From positions 51,894,001 to 51,958,000 of the forward strand of contig CM126220.1 of NCBI GenBank assembly GCA_052327205.1: a stretch of DNA of 64,000 nt, read 5' to 3'. Shown here piece by piece: positions 36,110 to 50,174 of the stretch. A program made the position numbers and the translations under genes. Every line of letters starts with the position of its first letter. The stretch's first letter is position 1. Under the pieces are notes generated by a model that did not search any database, had not been told where the DNA came from, and saw nothing but the letters and a program-made list of their open reading frames with translations. Source of the DNA: Somniosus microcephalus (lineage: Eukaryota).

Positions 36110-37569
36110 TTGAAATGGGAAAAAGTTGCAGGTCTATGGTGAAAGAACAGGGGAGTGGAACTAACTGGATAGCTCTTTCAAAGAGCCGGCACAGGCACAA
36201 TGGGCCGAGGTCTGCCTTCTGTGCTGTGTCATTCTATGATTACATGCAATAACATTGAACAGTTTTATGCTTTTTAAAAAATATTTCAGTGTATTTATTA
36301 ATCCTTTCTTCAGTGTTAGCTGTCATCTCTTTTAGGCTTTACTTTTCACCGACGTAAAATTATAGTGTAAATCTGGAATCGGGACCCAACCTAACTCTGG
36401 TGTGAAGTAGAGTGAGACTCCCTGGAGGAGGAACTTTCACTCCTTTTGCTCCGGTGGGACCCAGATTTACACAACACTGTCAGTGGGAAGCAAAACCAGT
36501 TGTAGTGTAAGTGCAAACTTCGAGCCCCAAGTGAAATATAGTTAAGCAGTCTCCACTGAGTTGAGACCACTGCAAAAAAAACTGCCAGCATTTGGAATTT
36601 ACACAAGGACGGCTGATACGGGAATTGGGAATAAACTGGTATTGTTGAGAGAGTTCTTTTTATATAAAAAAAAAAGTTGACAAAATTATTGGAACTTTCT
36701 ATGCATAGCTGAGCCCTGGATTTCCCGTGGTATATCTGACCAGGGAGTGCTTGATGCACTATATGCAAAGAGGAAAAATGTTTGATTCCCTATTGTGTAT
36801 GTTCCTTGCCTTAATAAGAATAATGACAGAACCATTAAAAATACTTTAAAATATATTTAGGAAATAAAAGAATTTATGCACCCTGCCCATCAATGTAAAT
36901 GTTCTGTTCCTCTAAATCTGTTATACTAATGGGCAGGTATTGATTATAACACAATCTTTTGCTACTTTCTATTTTTGAATTATGCAAATATTTTGGGTCT
37001 TTATTTTACCCCTGCATGGTTTGCAAGGTACCAATTTTTTTTACATTGGTTTCTTTATAGGTTTGATTTGTACATTCAGATTTTTGAACATTAGTTGAGG
37101 CTGTTGTGTTAATGTGAATCTCATGCAATGTGAGTATTTGATTTTGTTTCCATTATTTGATTCTGAACTGAAATCTTTTTGTTAATTTTTCTGTTGCTTT
37201 GTGTAATCGCTAAACCCAAACCCAATTTACATTAAGATTTTGAATGTCTTTAATTAAAGCTAACATTTCTCATGTCCAACTAGCTTGGTGAACAGACTTC
37301 GAGTACTGGTATTTGCTTTGTAGTTTTCATCCAGCACCAGTGACGATAAAGGTTTTCTTTAATACAGGACTGTCCAACCTGAAGCCCTGCCAAGGGCTGG
37401 CAATCTGGCCATCGAAGCCCAAATAACACCGTCCTACTTGTCCTTTACTTCTTATTTGCTGGTGTGTTCTGTTTGTGAGCCTTAAGGTTTGGAAAGGGTT
37501 ATCTTTAGTGCCGTTGCCAAATTGAAAAATAAATCCTAAATCAGAACACTAAAATTCCAATGGTATCAG

Positions 37570-39480
37570 TAGAAACAACTTGCATTTTATAGCCCATTTA
37601 ACGAAAAAAAGTCCCGTAGCATTTCCCACATGGAAGCAGACAGAGGGCGAGATCAGCAGGGTTGACCAAAAGCTTGGTAGAGAGATGGGTTTTGAGAAGG
37701 CTTTTAAAGGAGGAAGGAAGTGTAAAGGTGGAGGACTTTGTGAGTGGGGCTGTGCCAACTGAAGGCTCTGCCACCAAAGGCGATGTGAATGGATAATAGG
37801 ATGCACAAATGGCCAGAGTCAGAGGAGCGAATGCTGTGGGATGGGAGGAAGAAATCAAGGCTGAAGGAGGTTGCAGAGTTAGAGTGCAATAAGTTCATGA
37901 TCACTTTGAAGATGAGCACAAGGGCTTTAAATTTATTTGTGTTGAGGGACAGAGAGCTAGTGTATGTTTGTGAGGAGGGAGTAATTGGTAAGCGAGACTT
38001 TTCGCAGGACAGTATATGTGTAGCTGCATTTTCCACAAGCTGAACTTTCTATAGGATGAAAGATGGAAGGCCAAGAAGGAGTGCATTGGAATAATGGAAT
38101 AATCAAATCTAAAGGTGAAAAAACATGGATAAGAATTTCAGTGCCAGAGGAGTTGAGGTAGGGGAAGAGGCAGACAACGTTGTACTGGTGGAATTTGGTG
38201 ATGGATAGAATGGCAGAGGAGGGGCGGGGGGGGGGAAGCGTTCAAAGCTTCGAACGGGGTCAGAAGGATGATGACGTTTGCACATTCGTATTCAGTCTGA
38301 GCAAGTGGCCAAGGGGGGAAATGGAGCAGTGGTAATTGAGCACAGGTTCTGGGGAAGTTGGGGCAAAAACAATGGCTTGGGTCTTCTCACTGTGAGGTTG
38401 GAAGAAGCAGTGGCTCATCCATGATTTGATGTCAGACAGACAGTCTGGCAGCATGGAAATGGCCATGGAGTCGAGCTAGTGGAGAGGTGGAGCTGGAATG
38501 TCATCAGTGTACATGTGAAAGCTGACACTATTTCTGCCAAGGGGCAGCATTTAGGTAAGGAAGAGGAGGAGGCTAAGGATACAACTTTGGACTTCAGAGG
38601 TGACCGTACTTGGATGGGAAGAGAAGCCATTGCTGGAGTTGCAGCGACGGCATTCAGATAGATAGGAGTGGAGCGCGAGGGGAGTGCCATGAAGCTTGAT
38701 GACCAGAGAGGTTGGATGAGGAAGGATCAGATGCCATAGAGAGAACAAGGAGGGATAACTCCACGTAGTCACCGGGAATGTCATTTGTGATTTTGGTCAC
38801 GGCCATCTTGGTGCTGTGCAATATTCCCTGTAATTTTTTTTGGCCCTGCATGGCCCCTTTAAGGTGCTGCGCAGGCCATTCAAAATACCGCGCATGCACG
38901 GTTTTTACATTGAAAAGCTAGCTGCGCGGGTTCCCTGGAGCTCTGCGCGGCTGCGCATCTTAAAGGGAACATTGGTGCTGGAACCAGACTAGAGGCATTC
39001 GGACATATAATTCTGAGAGACCTGTGCATGGAACTGGGAGGCAACAACACACAAGAACTTTGGAGAGGGAAGGAAGGTTTGAAATAGGCAATAGTTGGAG
39101 AGGACAAGTCGAGGGTGATGACAGCAGTTTAAAAAGGAAGAAGGCTGGTGCCTGAGGGAAATACATCATTTATAGGGTAAGCTAAAATGTGAGCCAGGAG
39201 GAGGAGAAGTTGATAAGTCAGAAATTAATTCAGGAAGGGATCAAGGGGGCAGGAGGTGGGCCTCCTGGAGGATATAGCCAATGAGAGGAGACTTGGGAGA
39301 AGCTGAAGAGTGAGGTGCGATCGGGGCTAGAATGGGTGGGTGACTGCGTGGAGATCAGAAGAGAGGAATGGGAGTTAGCAACAGAGGCAAGTGCACAGAT
39401 CCATGAGCTCTTCACATTTGGTATTGAAAGTGAAGGTGGAAGAGACAAGAAAAAGTAGTTAAGGAAGCCATTAGTTGTGG
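37570..39480 (-). mobile_element. Decayed L2 LINE
   Basis: Minus-strand CLSDIKSWMS..KTQAIVF and L2-type 3' tail near 37575. Confidence 0.75.
38819..38974. mobile_element. hAT-type MITE (156 bp) inserted in L2
   Basis: TIR CAATATTCCCT / AGGGAACATTG; imperfect 8-bp flanks GTGCTGTG / GTGCTGGA; CpG-rich interior. Confidence 0.7.
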
Positions 39481-40138
39481 TGAAAAGGAGCCCTGATTTG
39501 TTCTCGTCATTCAGGATGATCCAAAAGCTGGAAATGAATGTAAATTAATCGGAAAATGGCCTCAAACTTTATTTCAGACCATCATGACACAACAGTACAT
39601 ACCAATGTGGCCCATGAAGACCAAAGCTTGAACACTCATGCCTTAATAGTCAATTTTAAATATGGAAATCCAGCGTTTTTGACTGTTTGCAAGCTATGCT
39701 TTGTTGTATCTCTGGCTGTACACAAAATAATAATGAATTCATCCTCTGTAAAATATTGCATTCTAATTGTTTGAAAAGTTGCAAATCCAAAATGTAATTG
39801 AGGATCCCCAGAATGATCCAGGATGCTCTCATCTGATGGGACATGTCACATACAACCATCAGGAGGATTTCCCCACTAAAACTTCTTCCACAGAAAAGGA
39901 AGAGCGAAGTAGTCCTTTACATTGAAAGTACTCTCCATTGCACCTCCTTTCTCGTTTATTTTCATTATTCTTGTAAGATATTGTATCACCAATTTACAGG
40001 CATACTTAATACACGGTGTAACTTTACTTGCTGCTTTGCCTTTATGCTGCTACATTACCTAGATGATTAGGTTTAATGGTATTTGCAGTACATAAATCAA
40101 ATATTTTACTTATACTCTTGTGCTCTTTTTCTCTTCAG

Positions 40139-40292
40139 TTTGATATTTCTGAAGACTAGTGTGGAAAGCATGGATTTCTTTGATTTGCTTTGGATTGCAG
40201 GAATTACAGACTTTGTGCTGAAATACATCACAATTGGTTCCAAGTGTTTGGTCCTCGTTCTGCCCAGACTCATCTTAGCTTTCAAGTCGAGG
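40139..40292 (+). CDS. RNFT2: RNFT2 coding exon 5
   Basis: LIFLKTSVESMDFFDLLWIAGITDFVLKYITIGSKCLVLVLPRLILAFKSR; CTTCAG acceptor, GTATGT donor. Confidence 0.96.
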
Positions 40293-40889
40293 GTATGTTG
40301 GTCCAGCTTTCCTGGATTTGTTTCTATGCCACTGATTTATTATATTTTTAACTGTGACACTTTAATTGATTTTTAAACTGATTAATTGAACACATTTATA
40401 ATACCATTTATAAATGCTATAATGTTCCAAAGAGCAGATTCAAAGAGAAGGTGTGTATTGTGTTAACTGAGCAGAAGAGAATTTCCTATGGTGGTGCCGC
40501 TGCTTAGCAACAGCGAATGCCTGCTGCTAATGTAGTCTATGGCGACTATCTGACTTTAGGGGCTCTTTATGGGCAGAAAGCCTCTGTACAAAATCAAGTC
40601 AAAAATCATTGTGAGCCTGAATTTGTTGCACCTGGATTGTACGATCAGTCAAAGGATAATGATTTGCAATGCACTATTGCCTTGTCTGCTGCTGATGCAA
40701 CATGATAAAACATCATTTTTTTGTGGCTTGGCATTTATATTACCACATGTGTGGTTTTAGCTATTCAAAGAAAAACTAAAGCTTGTGGAACGCAAACTAT
40801 AGTTTGTAGAATGCATTATGCTACAGCGAGGATTTTTTAAATTAAAGGATGCCACAAACAATGCTAATTTTTTTTGGTGATAATATGTA

Positions 40890-41219
40890 CAGGAAACTTT
40901 GGTTTATCCGGAGGTTGCATGTCTGGAAACCTCGATCAACCGGCAGAAATCAGGAGCCGTTTTGTTAGGTTTTTTTTCTTCTCGTGGCTTTTTTTTCAAC
41001 AGTCAGGCTCTGCAAAGTCTCTCTGAAGCTGTTGCTAAGCTACAGAGACGCTTCTAAGGTACGGCTGACTGTTTAGAAGCTGTTGCTAAGCAACAGTGTT
41101 TGTTGCCAGATAAGGAGCTGCAAATCTCCGTATGCTTCAACATTAACACTGGTATGTCTGGCAGTTTTGATAGATCGGCAACAGCTCGGTCCCGTCGGTG
41201 CCGGATATAACGTTTCCTG
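40890..41219. mobile_element. Tc1/mariner (pogo/Tigger-like) MITE
   Basis: TA|CAGGAAAC..TATCCGG and CCGGATA..GTTTCCTG|TA ends; internal direct repeat GAAGCTGTTGCTAAGC. Confidence 0.7.
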
Positions 41220-44200
41220 TATTTGATTGTTCTTGTGATTGGCTACTGTATCTGAGATTGCTTATTGTTGTTAAAGGATGCATCAAAATTGCTGTGTGGG
41301 GATTGAAAATGTTGTGGCTTTGGTTGTGTTGTTTAGGTGGTTGTTGTGCTCTCGCTGGGACTGATGTAGGTTAAGGCCCCAATATTCATGCACGCCACTC
41401 TTTGCCAAGGCATTAGACAGGTGCCGCATGCCCAAAGTGCAGTGTGCCTGCCCGGGCCTCTGAGAATCCACTGCTGCAGGCTCATCCTCTTCCCGGGCTG
41501 TGCGATGGAAACACAGGTGCAGCGTCAAGCCTGAGAGACAGGACTGGCCACTGGTCTTGGGGCATTCTGGCTGCTGAAGAGGGGAACATCTCATCACCTC
41601 CTGAGCACCGAATTGTGTTCTCAATTCTCTTTCTGCCTCAACGCAAAGTAGTCATACCTCTTCCCCCCACCCACCACCCTTGACCAATTCAGAACTTGTC
41701 ATCATCTTCCCTCCCTTTTAATGGTTATCAAAGAAATTAGAGACCTTACAGGAAGTTCTTTACTGCCATTACTCAGTCGCTCATCCCCTCTTCTCTTCCC
41801 TCCTTTGCACTGGTTTCATCTCTCTGTCCATGCTTTTACATTTTTGTTCTCTGAACTTCTTTCTTGAACTTGGATGGGATATTTTGAGTGCAGGGGATGA
41901 GCCTCGACCGAATAATGCTCAGATATTGTAACTTTGTGGTTAATGTGTCTCTGCACTCTGTGCAGCTCTCCTGCAATGAGTGATGCTATTGTGATTTTTG
42001 ATACTTGTGTTTAATGCCCTCTTAACCAGTAGATCTCCCATGGTGCTTCTCACTGGTTGTGAAGGGCCCTTTAATATTATTACTACGAGTGACTTTTTTC
42101 TACTTTGATGGTCTATAAACCACAGTTTCTGAAAATGTAATGAATGATAACCTCTCATTCCATCAATATTTTAAAAGGTGAAAGCAGGGCAGATTAAACA
42201 TTTATAAATGCCTAAAGAGACTATATTTAAAATATATATATTTTTTTTTTTGCCTGTCATTTAAAATAAGGATTGTGGGATTTTACCTGATGTCCTTGAC
42301 TGTTTGATCCTGACCAAGGTCTCTGAGGCGGTGCAGAATTTGCTTGGGTGAATGTTTTGAACAAGGCATTGAAAGTGCAGTAGAGTTAGATTTGGGAAGC
42401 AGCAAGCCCAGCACTGAGAGCAGAGTAGCTGTAGACCTGGTAGAGACACCTGGCGTTCAGGCCCATGAGTGTGAGGTCCATCGTATTGGCTGAGGGCAAG
42501 AGGTCTGGCACTGAGATCTGAGAGTGGGCGGAAGATCGTGGACCGGAGAACGGTTGCAGCTGCTGGGAATGGCAGCCAGAGGAGTAGCGTGGGGGAGGGG
42601 GAAAGCGAGCAGGAAAGTACTGAGCGCATTATCCTCACGCCTGCACAAAGTGACACCAAGGACCTGTGACGTCTCGTGCATGCATAGAGACCACAAAAGC
42701 GTCATCAAGGAGCACTGACCTCGCACACGCGAGAAACATCAAAAATCAGTTTTGGAAGGTGCAATAAATTCACAGCTCCGGGAATGGGGCAACGCACAAC
42801 GTCATGGCACTTGAGCAAGGGAAGGCCTGTGTGGCGGAAAAGTTGTTGTAGCTATTGGAAATAGATCATGATAAACTTAGCTGAATTTTTGTGATTTTTC
42901 CCCCCCCCCCCCCCCCACACACACACAATTGTTCATTACTTTACTGTTTATTATTATTGTTGTATACATGTAATTTTTAGGAGTGTATATAGGGGAAGCA
43001 ACATGGCAGCTGGCACACATGCAACAATCATACAGACAAGTCCCTGAAAAGCTGCTGTGTTTTTTTTTGCAGTGTTACAAACCGGTTGATGTGTGGGGTT
43101 CAGGTTTTAATATATCTCAGTACATGCAAGACAAATCTCAGCTGGATTAAGCAGCGTCTATTTATTGATTTACTTCAACCCGTACACAGTACATGTGATT
43201 GCCGTACATGAATGCAGCAGCTTTTCATTACTTAAATAAATCTGTTATTTTGAATGTGAAAAGGAATGAGTTCTGGATGGATTCCATGGTTTTGTTAACC
43301 TTTTCTGTATTAAACAGATTAAAGTACAAGGAGAAAGCATCAGATAGATGAACAATTTAACCACTGCTGAAGATAAATTGTACTCCTTTCACAGTTCGTG
43401 CCCTTGTCGGATTGTCTGACTGACTGTTTAAATTGCAATAAATCTCCCTCAGATGTCACCCTTAAATTTAGGTCACTTGATGCCACCCCCTGCTCGACTC
43501 CTGTTTTCCCAGCATTTACTGAAACCACATTAGAAGGGCAGAGTGTGTGGTTTCTGCACTTCAGTCTGTGAGGTATGATGTCATTATTTGAATTGAAAGA
43601 CCTTTCAGGTCTCATTAGCACAAGCTGCTGTTGGGACGTAACTTTCTTGCCACTCTGTTCCTGTTGCTTCTGTCTGCTCTGGCTTTGGTTACCTTCAAAA
43701 AAATTTTGTGACAATTATACAAATTCATGTCATTGTAAATACAGTTATGTTTTGTACAAGTTGCTAAATGAAGTGTCTACTTGACCCCCAATTACTTTAA
43801 CTTTCTATAAAAGCTAAATGCTTAAGAGGCAGAACATAAGGCAAAACTGAGAGATTGCCTCTTTATTTAGGGCCATGTTCAGAGCACGTACAACACGCGC
43901 TCATTTTCTTTACCGCTTCTCTGCCAACTCTACCTATTAAACGTAACATGTTGATCAAGTTGAAGGAAGTTCTTGGAGAGAAGGGTACAGGAACTAAGAG
44001 GGCAGATAAATGTGAGGGAGATTATCAAAAGCATGTGGATAGTACTAGACTCAATAGATGAGCCAATGAAGTGGGCAGACTAGATATTGGATGAAATAAC
44101 AACAGAAAATGCTGGAAAAACTCAGCAGGTCAGGCAACATCCGTGGAGAGAAATTTGAGTTGACGTTTCGGGTCAAAACCCTTTTTCAAAACTGGAAAGG

Positions 44201-44544
44201 AAATAAAATAGATCGAAGGCAGGGCTGCGATCGAACAAAAGAAGTAAAAGCTATCGTACTAGATATTGGATGAGCTAGGGCTATACAAATTACTGGTCTT
44301 CGATAGTGGCATCTTCTAATGAAGGCTATTTCCCACTTTCTGCTGATTTTGTTCTTGGGCATCTTTATGCCTGGATAACTTTTGATTCCTTGCTGACCAG
44401 GAGAGTGGGTCCAAGAAGCATCAGCTTCCATACTGATGAACTATCTGTGGCATAGCTGAGTCATTGGGAGTTGAGAACAATGTAGCCAAGTATAAGAGCA
44501 CCAAGTTAAAGAGGCAAATATTGAGGGGTGTAAAGGAAATGCGG

Positions 44545-45080
44545 ATATCTTCCATCCTCCATAAACTTAAGTTCATCTAAAACTCTGCTGCCCATATCCT
44601 AAAACTCTGCTGCCCATATCCTAACTCACCAAGTCCCGTTCACCCATCGCCCCTGTGCTCGCTGACCTATATTGGCTCCCAGTTCAGCAACGGCTTGATT
44701 TTAAAATTCTCATCCTTGGTTTCAAATCCCTCCATAGCCTCGGTCCTCCCTATCTCTAACCTCCTCTCAACCCTCCAACCCTCCAATATCTGCGCTCCTC
44801 CAATTCTGGCCTCTTGCGCATCCCCGATTTTAATCGCTCCACCATTGGCGGCTGTGCCTTCAGCTGCCAAGGCCCTAATCTCTGGAATTCCCTCCCTAAA
44901 CCTCTTCCCTCCTTTTAAGAAGCCCCTTAAAACCTACCTCTTTGACCAAGCTTTTGGTCCCTGCCCTAAGGTCTCCTTGTGTGGCTTGGTGATAAATTTT
45001 GTTTGATAACGCTCCTGTGAAGCGCCTTGGGACGTTTTACTACATTAAAGGCGCTATATAAATACAAGTTGTTGTTGTTG
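44545..45080 (+). mobile_element. L2 LINE 3' end inserted in an older CR1 fragment
   Basis: CCCTGTGCTCGCTGACCTATATTGGCTCCC...GGCGCTATATAAATACAAGTTGTTGTTG; near-identical to 52355-53001. Confidence 0.85.
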
Positions 45081-47170
45081 ACGGACAAAATTAGAAACGA
45101 GTCACAGCAGAGGACAGAAGGTTAGAGATGTCCCTAAGGAAGGTACAATAGTGAACAGATACCAGGCTCTGGCCTACACCGAAAGCAGATTAGGTCATAG
45201 AGGAAGAGGTGAGAAGATGCAGGCTGCAAGGCATGGGGGATATTCTAAGTAGAGAATTCACACAGAGTGATCAATACTGGGAATAGTCTTCCAGTAGGAT
45301 AGTGGCAACAAATATTGTGAAATAATTTAAGAAACCGTTCGACACTGTCATGGGGAATGTCACTTTTCTTTCTGGATGGATGAACTGAATGTCCTTCCAC
45401 CCCTGTATCAATCTCTGCTATACATTCACTTCTGTCAGTGCTGTGGTGAAACTTGGAAATCTTGCCCTTTTGTCATCTTAACTATCTGACAGGTCTAAAT
45501 GTAAGGTCTGAACTCAATTTTCATAATTTCCTGGGGAGAAGAGGATAATAATGCACGAGTTTCCCTTGCCTGTTTATGTAAGTTAATTTTAGCAAGAGAA
45601 CAGATTCAGAGTAGCAGTAAAATCAGTGGGAAAGTCTGTTTCTTGCTTTCTACCAATTCTTGCTGTTCTGTTTGCACATTTACTTTTTTTGTACGAACTA
45701 AAGAAAATAATCACTGTTACATTTAACTTGCCAGCGCCTTGGCGTTGTGCCTTCACACGAAGAATTTCTCCGTGGCCCTCTGTGAGTTTGAAATCATGGA
45801 TCATGTTTTCTTTCAGCCAGAACAACAACTGCATTCATATAGCCCCTTAATTTAGTAAAATATCCCAAGGCACTTCACAGGAGCATTATCAAACAAAATT
45901 TGACACTGAGCAACATATGAAGAGATTGGGACAGGAACTTAGTCAAAGTGCTAGGCTTTAAAGAGCGTCTTAAGAGGAGAGAGGTAGCAATGCAGAGATT
46001 TAGGGAGTGAACTCCAGAACTTAGGGCCTAGGCAGCAGCAATGATAATGTTCTCTTGCCCTATTCTTTTAGATATGAGGGGAAAACCCATCCTTGTCATT
46101 CTTTTGTAGTTCCTTTCCCAGAGCTCCCTTTCTGAGCACACCATGTATAATCTTAGTAATCTTGTTTTTAAATAGAACAGCGACAGGTTTATTATAACTG
46201 GAAACATTCAGAAATATATATTAACACTTATTTACAGGGCTATTCCAGGATAAGATGCCACAATGGCCTCATTTTTGAGAATTTTAGTGCAAAAATAATT
46301 CTTCAACCCCCCCCCTCCCCCCACCCCCAACTCAACATTTGACACTTTAAAACTAATTCTGAGCAAAACAATTCATCCGTACACTCATAAGGTCACCAAT
46401 CAAGGTTACCATCTAGGCTATAGTTTAGTGACTGAATGTAGTAACATGACATTTCTTTGCTTAACAACTCCCCCCCCCCCCCCCCCCTTGTCTCCCATCT
46501 GATCCTCTGAAACCTTGTAACAGTGGGGTGGGGTGGGGAGGAAAGCGGAGAGTTCTTGCTGGAAATGGAGGGTGAATGAAGAATTGTTTCCGCACTAGCC
46601 TGAGAAATTCTGTGAAAATGATGCTCCCAATTAGAAGGCAAACCGCTGTGTGGCGAGTTTATTTACTTTCAAAAACATTACTTTAACAGTGACTTTTTTG
46701 TTTTACTATTACGTCCAGAGAGAGGTTGTTTTATTCCCCAAAAAAATTGACAAGCTCATTATTTGTGTTTGTTCAGTCGTAACACCTTAACTACCTGTAT
46801 AGATATTTAATTAGCAATGCAATTGGCAAACTTTCTCAATGCAGACATTTTGGTTGTGGTTTTAAGTTTTGAAACTACACTCTATGCTGTGGTAATTTGT
46901 CCCTTGAATGGTAACCTAAAGATCAATGAACTTAAGCTATGTCTAAACCGCTGTCACCCACTAACATTCCTGTGAATTCTCATCAGCGGTGTACAAAAAG
47001 ACTTGAAAGAAAGACTTGCATTTATATAAAAACAGAAAATGCTGGAAATAGTCAGCCGGTCAGGCAGCATCTATGACTCTGTTTCTCTCTCCACAGATGC
47101 TGCCTGACCTGCTGAGTATTTCCAGCATTTTCTGTTTAGATTTTAGATTTCCAGCATCTTTTGCTTTTGT

Positions 47171-47620
47171 ACTTGCATTTATATAGTGGTTTTCACAACC
47201 TCGGGTCATCCCAAAGCGCTTTGCAGCCAATGAAGTACTTTTTTGAAGTGTAGTCTCTTGTGACATAGGAAACACAGCGGCCAGTTTGTGCACAGCAACG
47301 TCTCCCAGACAGCAATGCGATAATGACCAGATGATGTGTTTTTAATTATGTTGGTTGAGGATAAATATTGGCCCGGACACCGAGAGAACTCCCCTGCTCT
47401 TCTTCGAATAGTGCCATGGGATATCTTATGTCCATTTGAGAGGGCAGACCGGGGGCCTTGGTTTAACGGCTCAACCGAATGACGGCACCTCCAACAGTGC
47501 AGCACTCCCTCAGCACTGCACTGGAGTGCCAACCTAGATTTTGTGCTCGAGTCTCTGAAGTGGGACCTGAACCCACAACCTTCTGACTCGGAGGCAAGCA
47601 TGCTACCCAATGAACCACAA
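47171..47620 (-). mobile_element. DeuSINE (SacSINE1-like) tRNA-derived SINE
   Basis: tRNA-like head, then a Deu-domain-like core GAGGTGCCGTC...ATCCCATGGCACTATTCGAAGAAGAGCAGGGGAGTTCTC; L2-like tail. Confidence 0.8.
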
Positions 47621-49334
47621 GTCCAGTGCACCACCTACTGCAGAAAGTGGAAGCAGCAGACACAACATTGCTTACAGAACCAGAAAGGGGGGAAAAGGAG
47701 CTTATGTCAGATAGCATTGCATTGTAAGATTGTTTTACATTTTCTAACTTGATAATTTTCCAGACATTTTGCAATTCTGATTGCAGCTAAATCATCTATT
47801 TTTACCAACAGGAATGTTTTCCTCATCATTTTATTATGGAAGTTCACCTATGTGCCAATTAAACGTTAAAATAGCAGGGGGGGAAGGAAACGGCTACAGT
47901 GGAACCCCCATTGTGCACACTGAGTTTTTGCAGGAGAGCCTTTACTCATTACATGCCTCCTTTTGCTATTTTTATTTTATTTTCTTTAACAATAAAATCA
48001 CAATGTTCCACTTTTTTTTTTAATATTGTACTTGTCATCATTCTCATACCTAGGGTATTGTATATGTGCATGGTAAAAATTTGGAGACTCGCAATTTGTA
48101 TCATCCACCAGGGATGGATCATAGGTTCCTTTGTACTTCAAAATGCCATAAAATATGTTTGTAGTACTGGCTGTGCAATGATGTTTAATATCTGGCCCTG
48201 CATCACTGTCACCTTTTTTACTCTTTTTTTAACATTATGGTGCCTTTAATTCATGTTCGGGGTGCCCATTGTTTACTGGCAAGAAGAATTCAAAACAAAT
48301 GTTTAAAATGTACATCTATTTATAGCTATTGCCGATGAAGTTAAATCCCAAACAATTTTACGTATATTGATAAACTGCTGAAGCTTTGCTGCTGTGGATT
48401 ACTGCATGCTGCTTGTATTTTTCACTTCAACGCAACGGAAATAAAAATCGGTAGAGATGTAAAACGGCAAATCGGCAGCCTGTACCCAGGTTTACACTAT
48501 CGCACAAAGTCAAAATCTACCCCAATGTGTGGAATTTAAGGAATTTGGCACTGAACATTATTACTTCACAGAAAACGTTGCCTTTATTTGCATTTAAAGC
48601 CTCGTAACCTTACAGGATTGGTTCTGAAGACACGTGGAACTGAGAACCCCACGCAGAATAAAAAAAGTCCCGTGCTACTGGCCTAGAGACCCCTAAAACC
48701 CTCCCCTGGAAGTAAGTTCACTGGCGACTCCTGCAGCAAGCTGCCGCTGGCAGCAAAGGTACACTCCCAATGCCAGCAGCACTTCTGATCAGGTCCACCA
48801 TTTTCATTCTGCACGTCGTGTTACTCAGCAGTCAGTCACTTTGTACAAGGCCAGTTTCCATTGATCTCAGTGAGTCCAAGGCAAGGATGGAAAAGTCGCA
48901 AATGCAACTTTACCGCAATTGTGTATGCGGAAACTCGAATGCACACACAACTGTTGAGGCATATGCAGTTGTTTAATTATTACCGAACCTGCCAAACAGT
49001 ATAAACCAGGGGAATCCAGCACTGATGTCATGTGTATGACAGAACTGCTTCCATTGGAAGCATTCCATAATATAAAAGCGACCAGAAAGTCCACTAACTA
49101 GATCAACTATGCAGAAGTTACTTGTATGTCCAGAGAGTGAATATCACCATCTAACATTTTTTTTTTAAGAGTCAGGTTGTTACTGACCGTTAACTCGACT
49201 TTAACATTAATTTTGTTTTTCTGTATATTTGTTTAAACTATAAGAACTGATTACATCATTGAAGGATTTTAAATAACAACAGAAAATGCTGGAAAAACTC
49301 AGCAGGCCAGGCAACATCTGTGGAGAGAGAAATA

Positions 49335-50174
49335 GGGCCAGAATTTCAGTGTGCCGTGAGGCGGGCTTTTAGGCGTGCAGGGGGCAAAAATCCCGAATTC
49401 GGGGGTCCCGACACCATCCCGCCCAAAACCCGCCTCAACGTAAGTTTCAGAGGAGGCAGGTACCCGCCCTGCACTGGGACCCGCCGACCCGAGGTGGGAA
49501 GGGATTAGTGCCAATTAACTGCCTGTTAACAGGTAGTTAACGGGCAGTTTTTAGCCTAATCCCTATTTTGAGGGGTGTCGTGTGGGATTCCCGACGGCTC
49601 CAAACCACGCCAGGTTAGAGCAGGCGGGCTGTCGGGTTGAAGGACTTGGAGGGGTCGCGATGTCGGTGTTCAGGTGAGTGATGGGTGCATGAGTGCAAAG
49701 GTAAGTGTGTTTGGTGTGTCTGAAGTGTGTAAAGAAGTTTAAATTACCTGTACTTACCTTAACAGCCTTTTTTCCTGTAGGCGTCGGAAGTCCATCACTC
49801 AGCCGGCACTGAAAGCTGAACGGCTGCGATGTCAAAAGTGACAGCCTTCAACTTTGTGTGCCGGTGACGGTTCTAACTGAGTCTGCGTAGAAGGACTCGG
49901 GTTAGAAGTCAGACTGTCAGTGTTTGACAGCTTCAAACAGCTGTGAAACACTGATATTTCATCTGTCAAAAACTCTTGACAGATGAAATTTCAGTCTGTG
50001 ACATCACCTGTTGCCGGGTGGCCCTTAATTGGCCTGCTGAGCCTGCTGGGTGGGCTCAACAAGGTCAATCAAGGGAAAATCGAGTGGATTGGCCGGACGT
50101 CGATGGAGGCGGGACTACAACCCGAAAGTTGTAGTCCCGCCTCCTTCCCGACTGCTGAATTGAAAATCCAGCCC
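49335..50174. mobile_element. Non-autonomous Harbinger-type element (840 bp) inserted in a Penelope-type repeat
   Basis: Imperfect TIR GGGCCAGAATTTCA / TGAAAATCCAGCCC; 3-bp TSD ATA; host repeat rejoins as GAGAGAAATA|GAGTCAAC. Confidence 0.78.

Larger units (their letters stand above)
31081..36240 (+). mobile_element. CR1 LINE split into three pieces (31081-32167, 34003-34381, about 36109-36240) by two Harbinger insertions
   Basis: [28 protein letters not shown]; CCCCAGCTGAAGTATT|GTGTCCAATTTTGGG rejoined across the insert; ATTCTATGATT tail. Confidence 0.88.

Noticed and set aside
47540-47625. tRNA genes (also near 27590 and 53230)
   Set aside because: A/B-box-like sequence runs straight into SINE bodies and no complete cloverleaf is evident.
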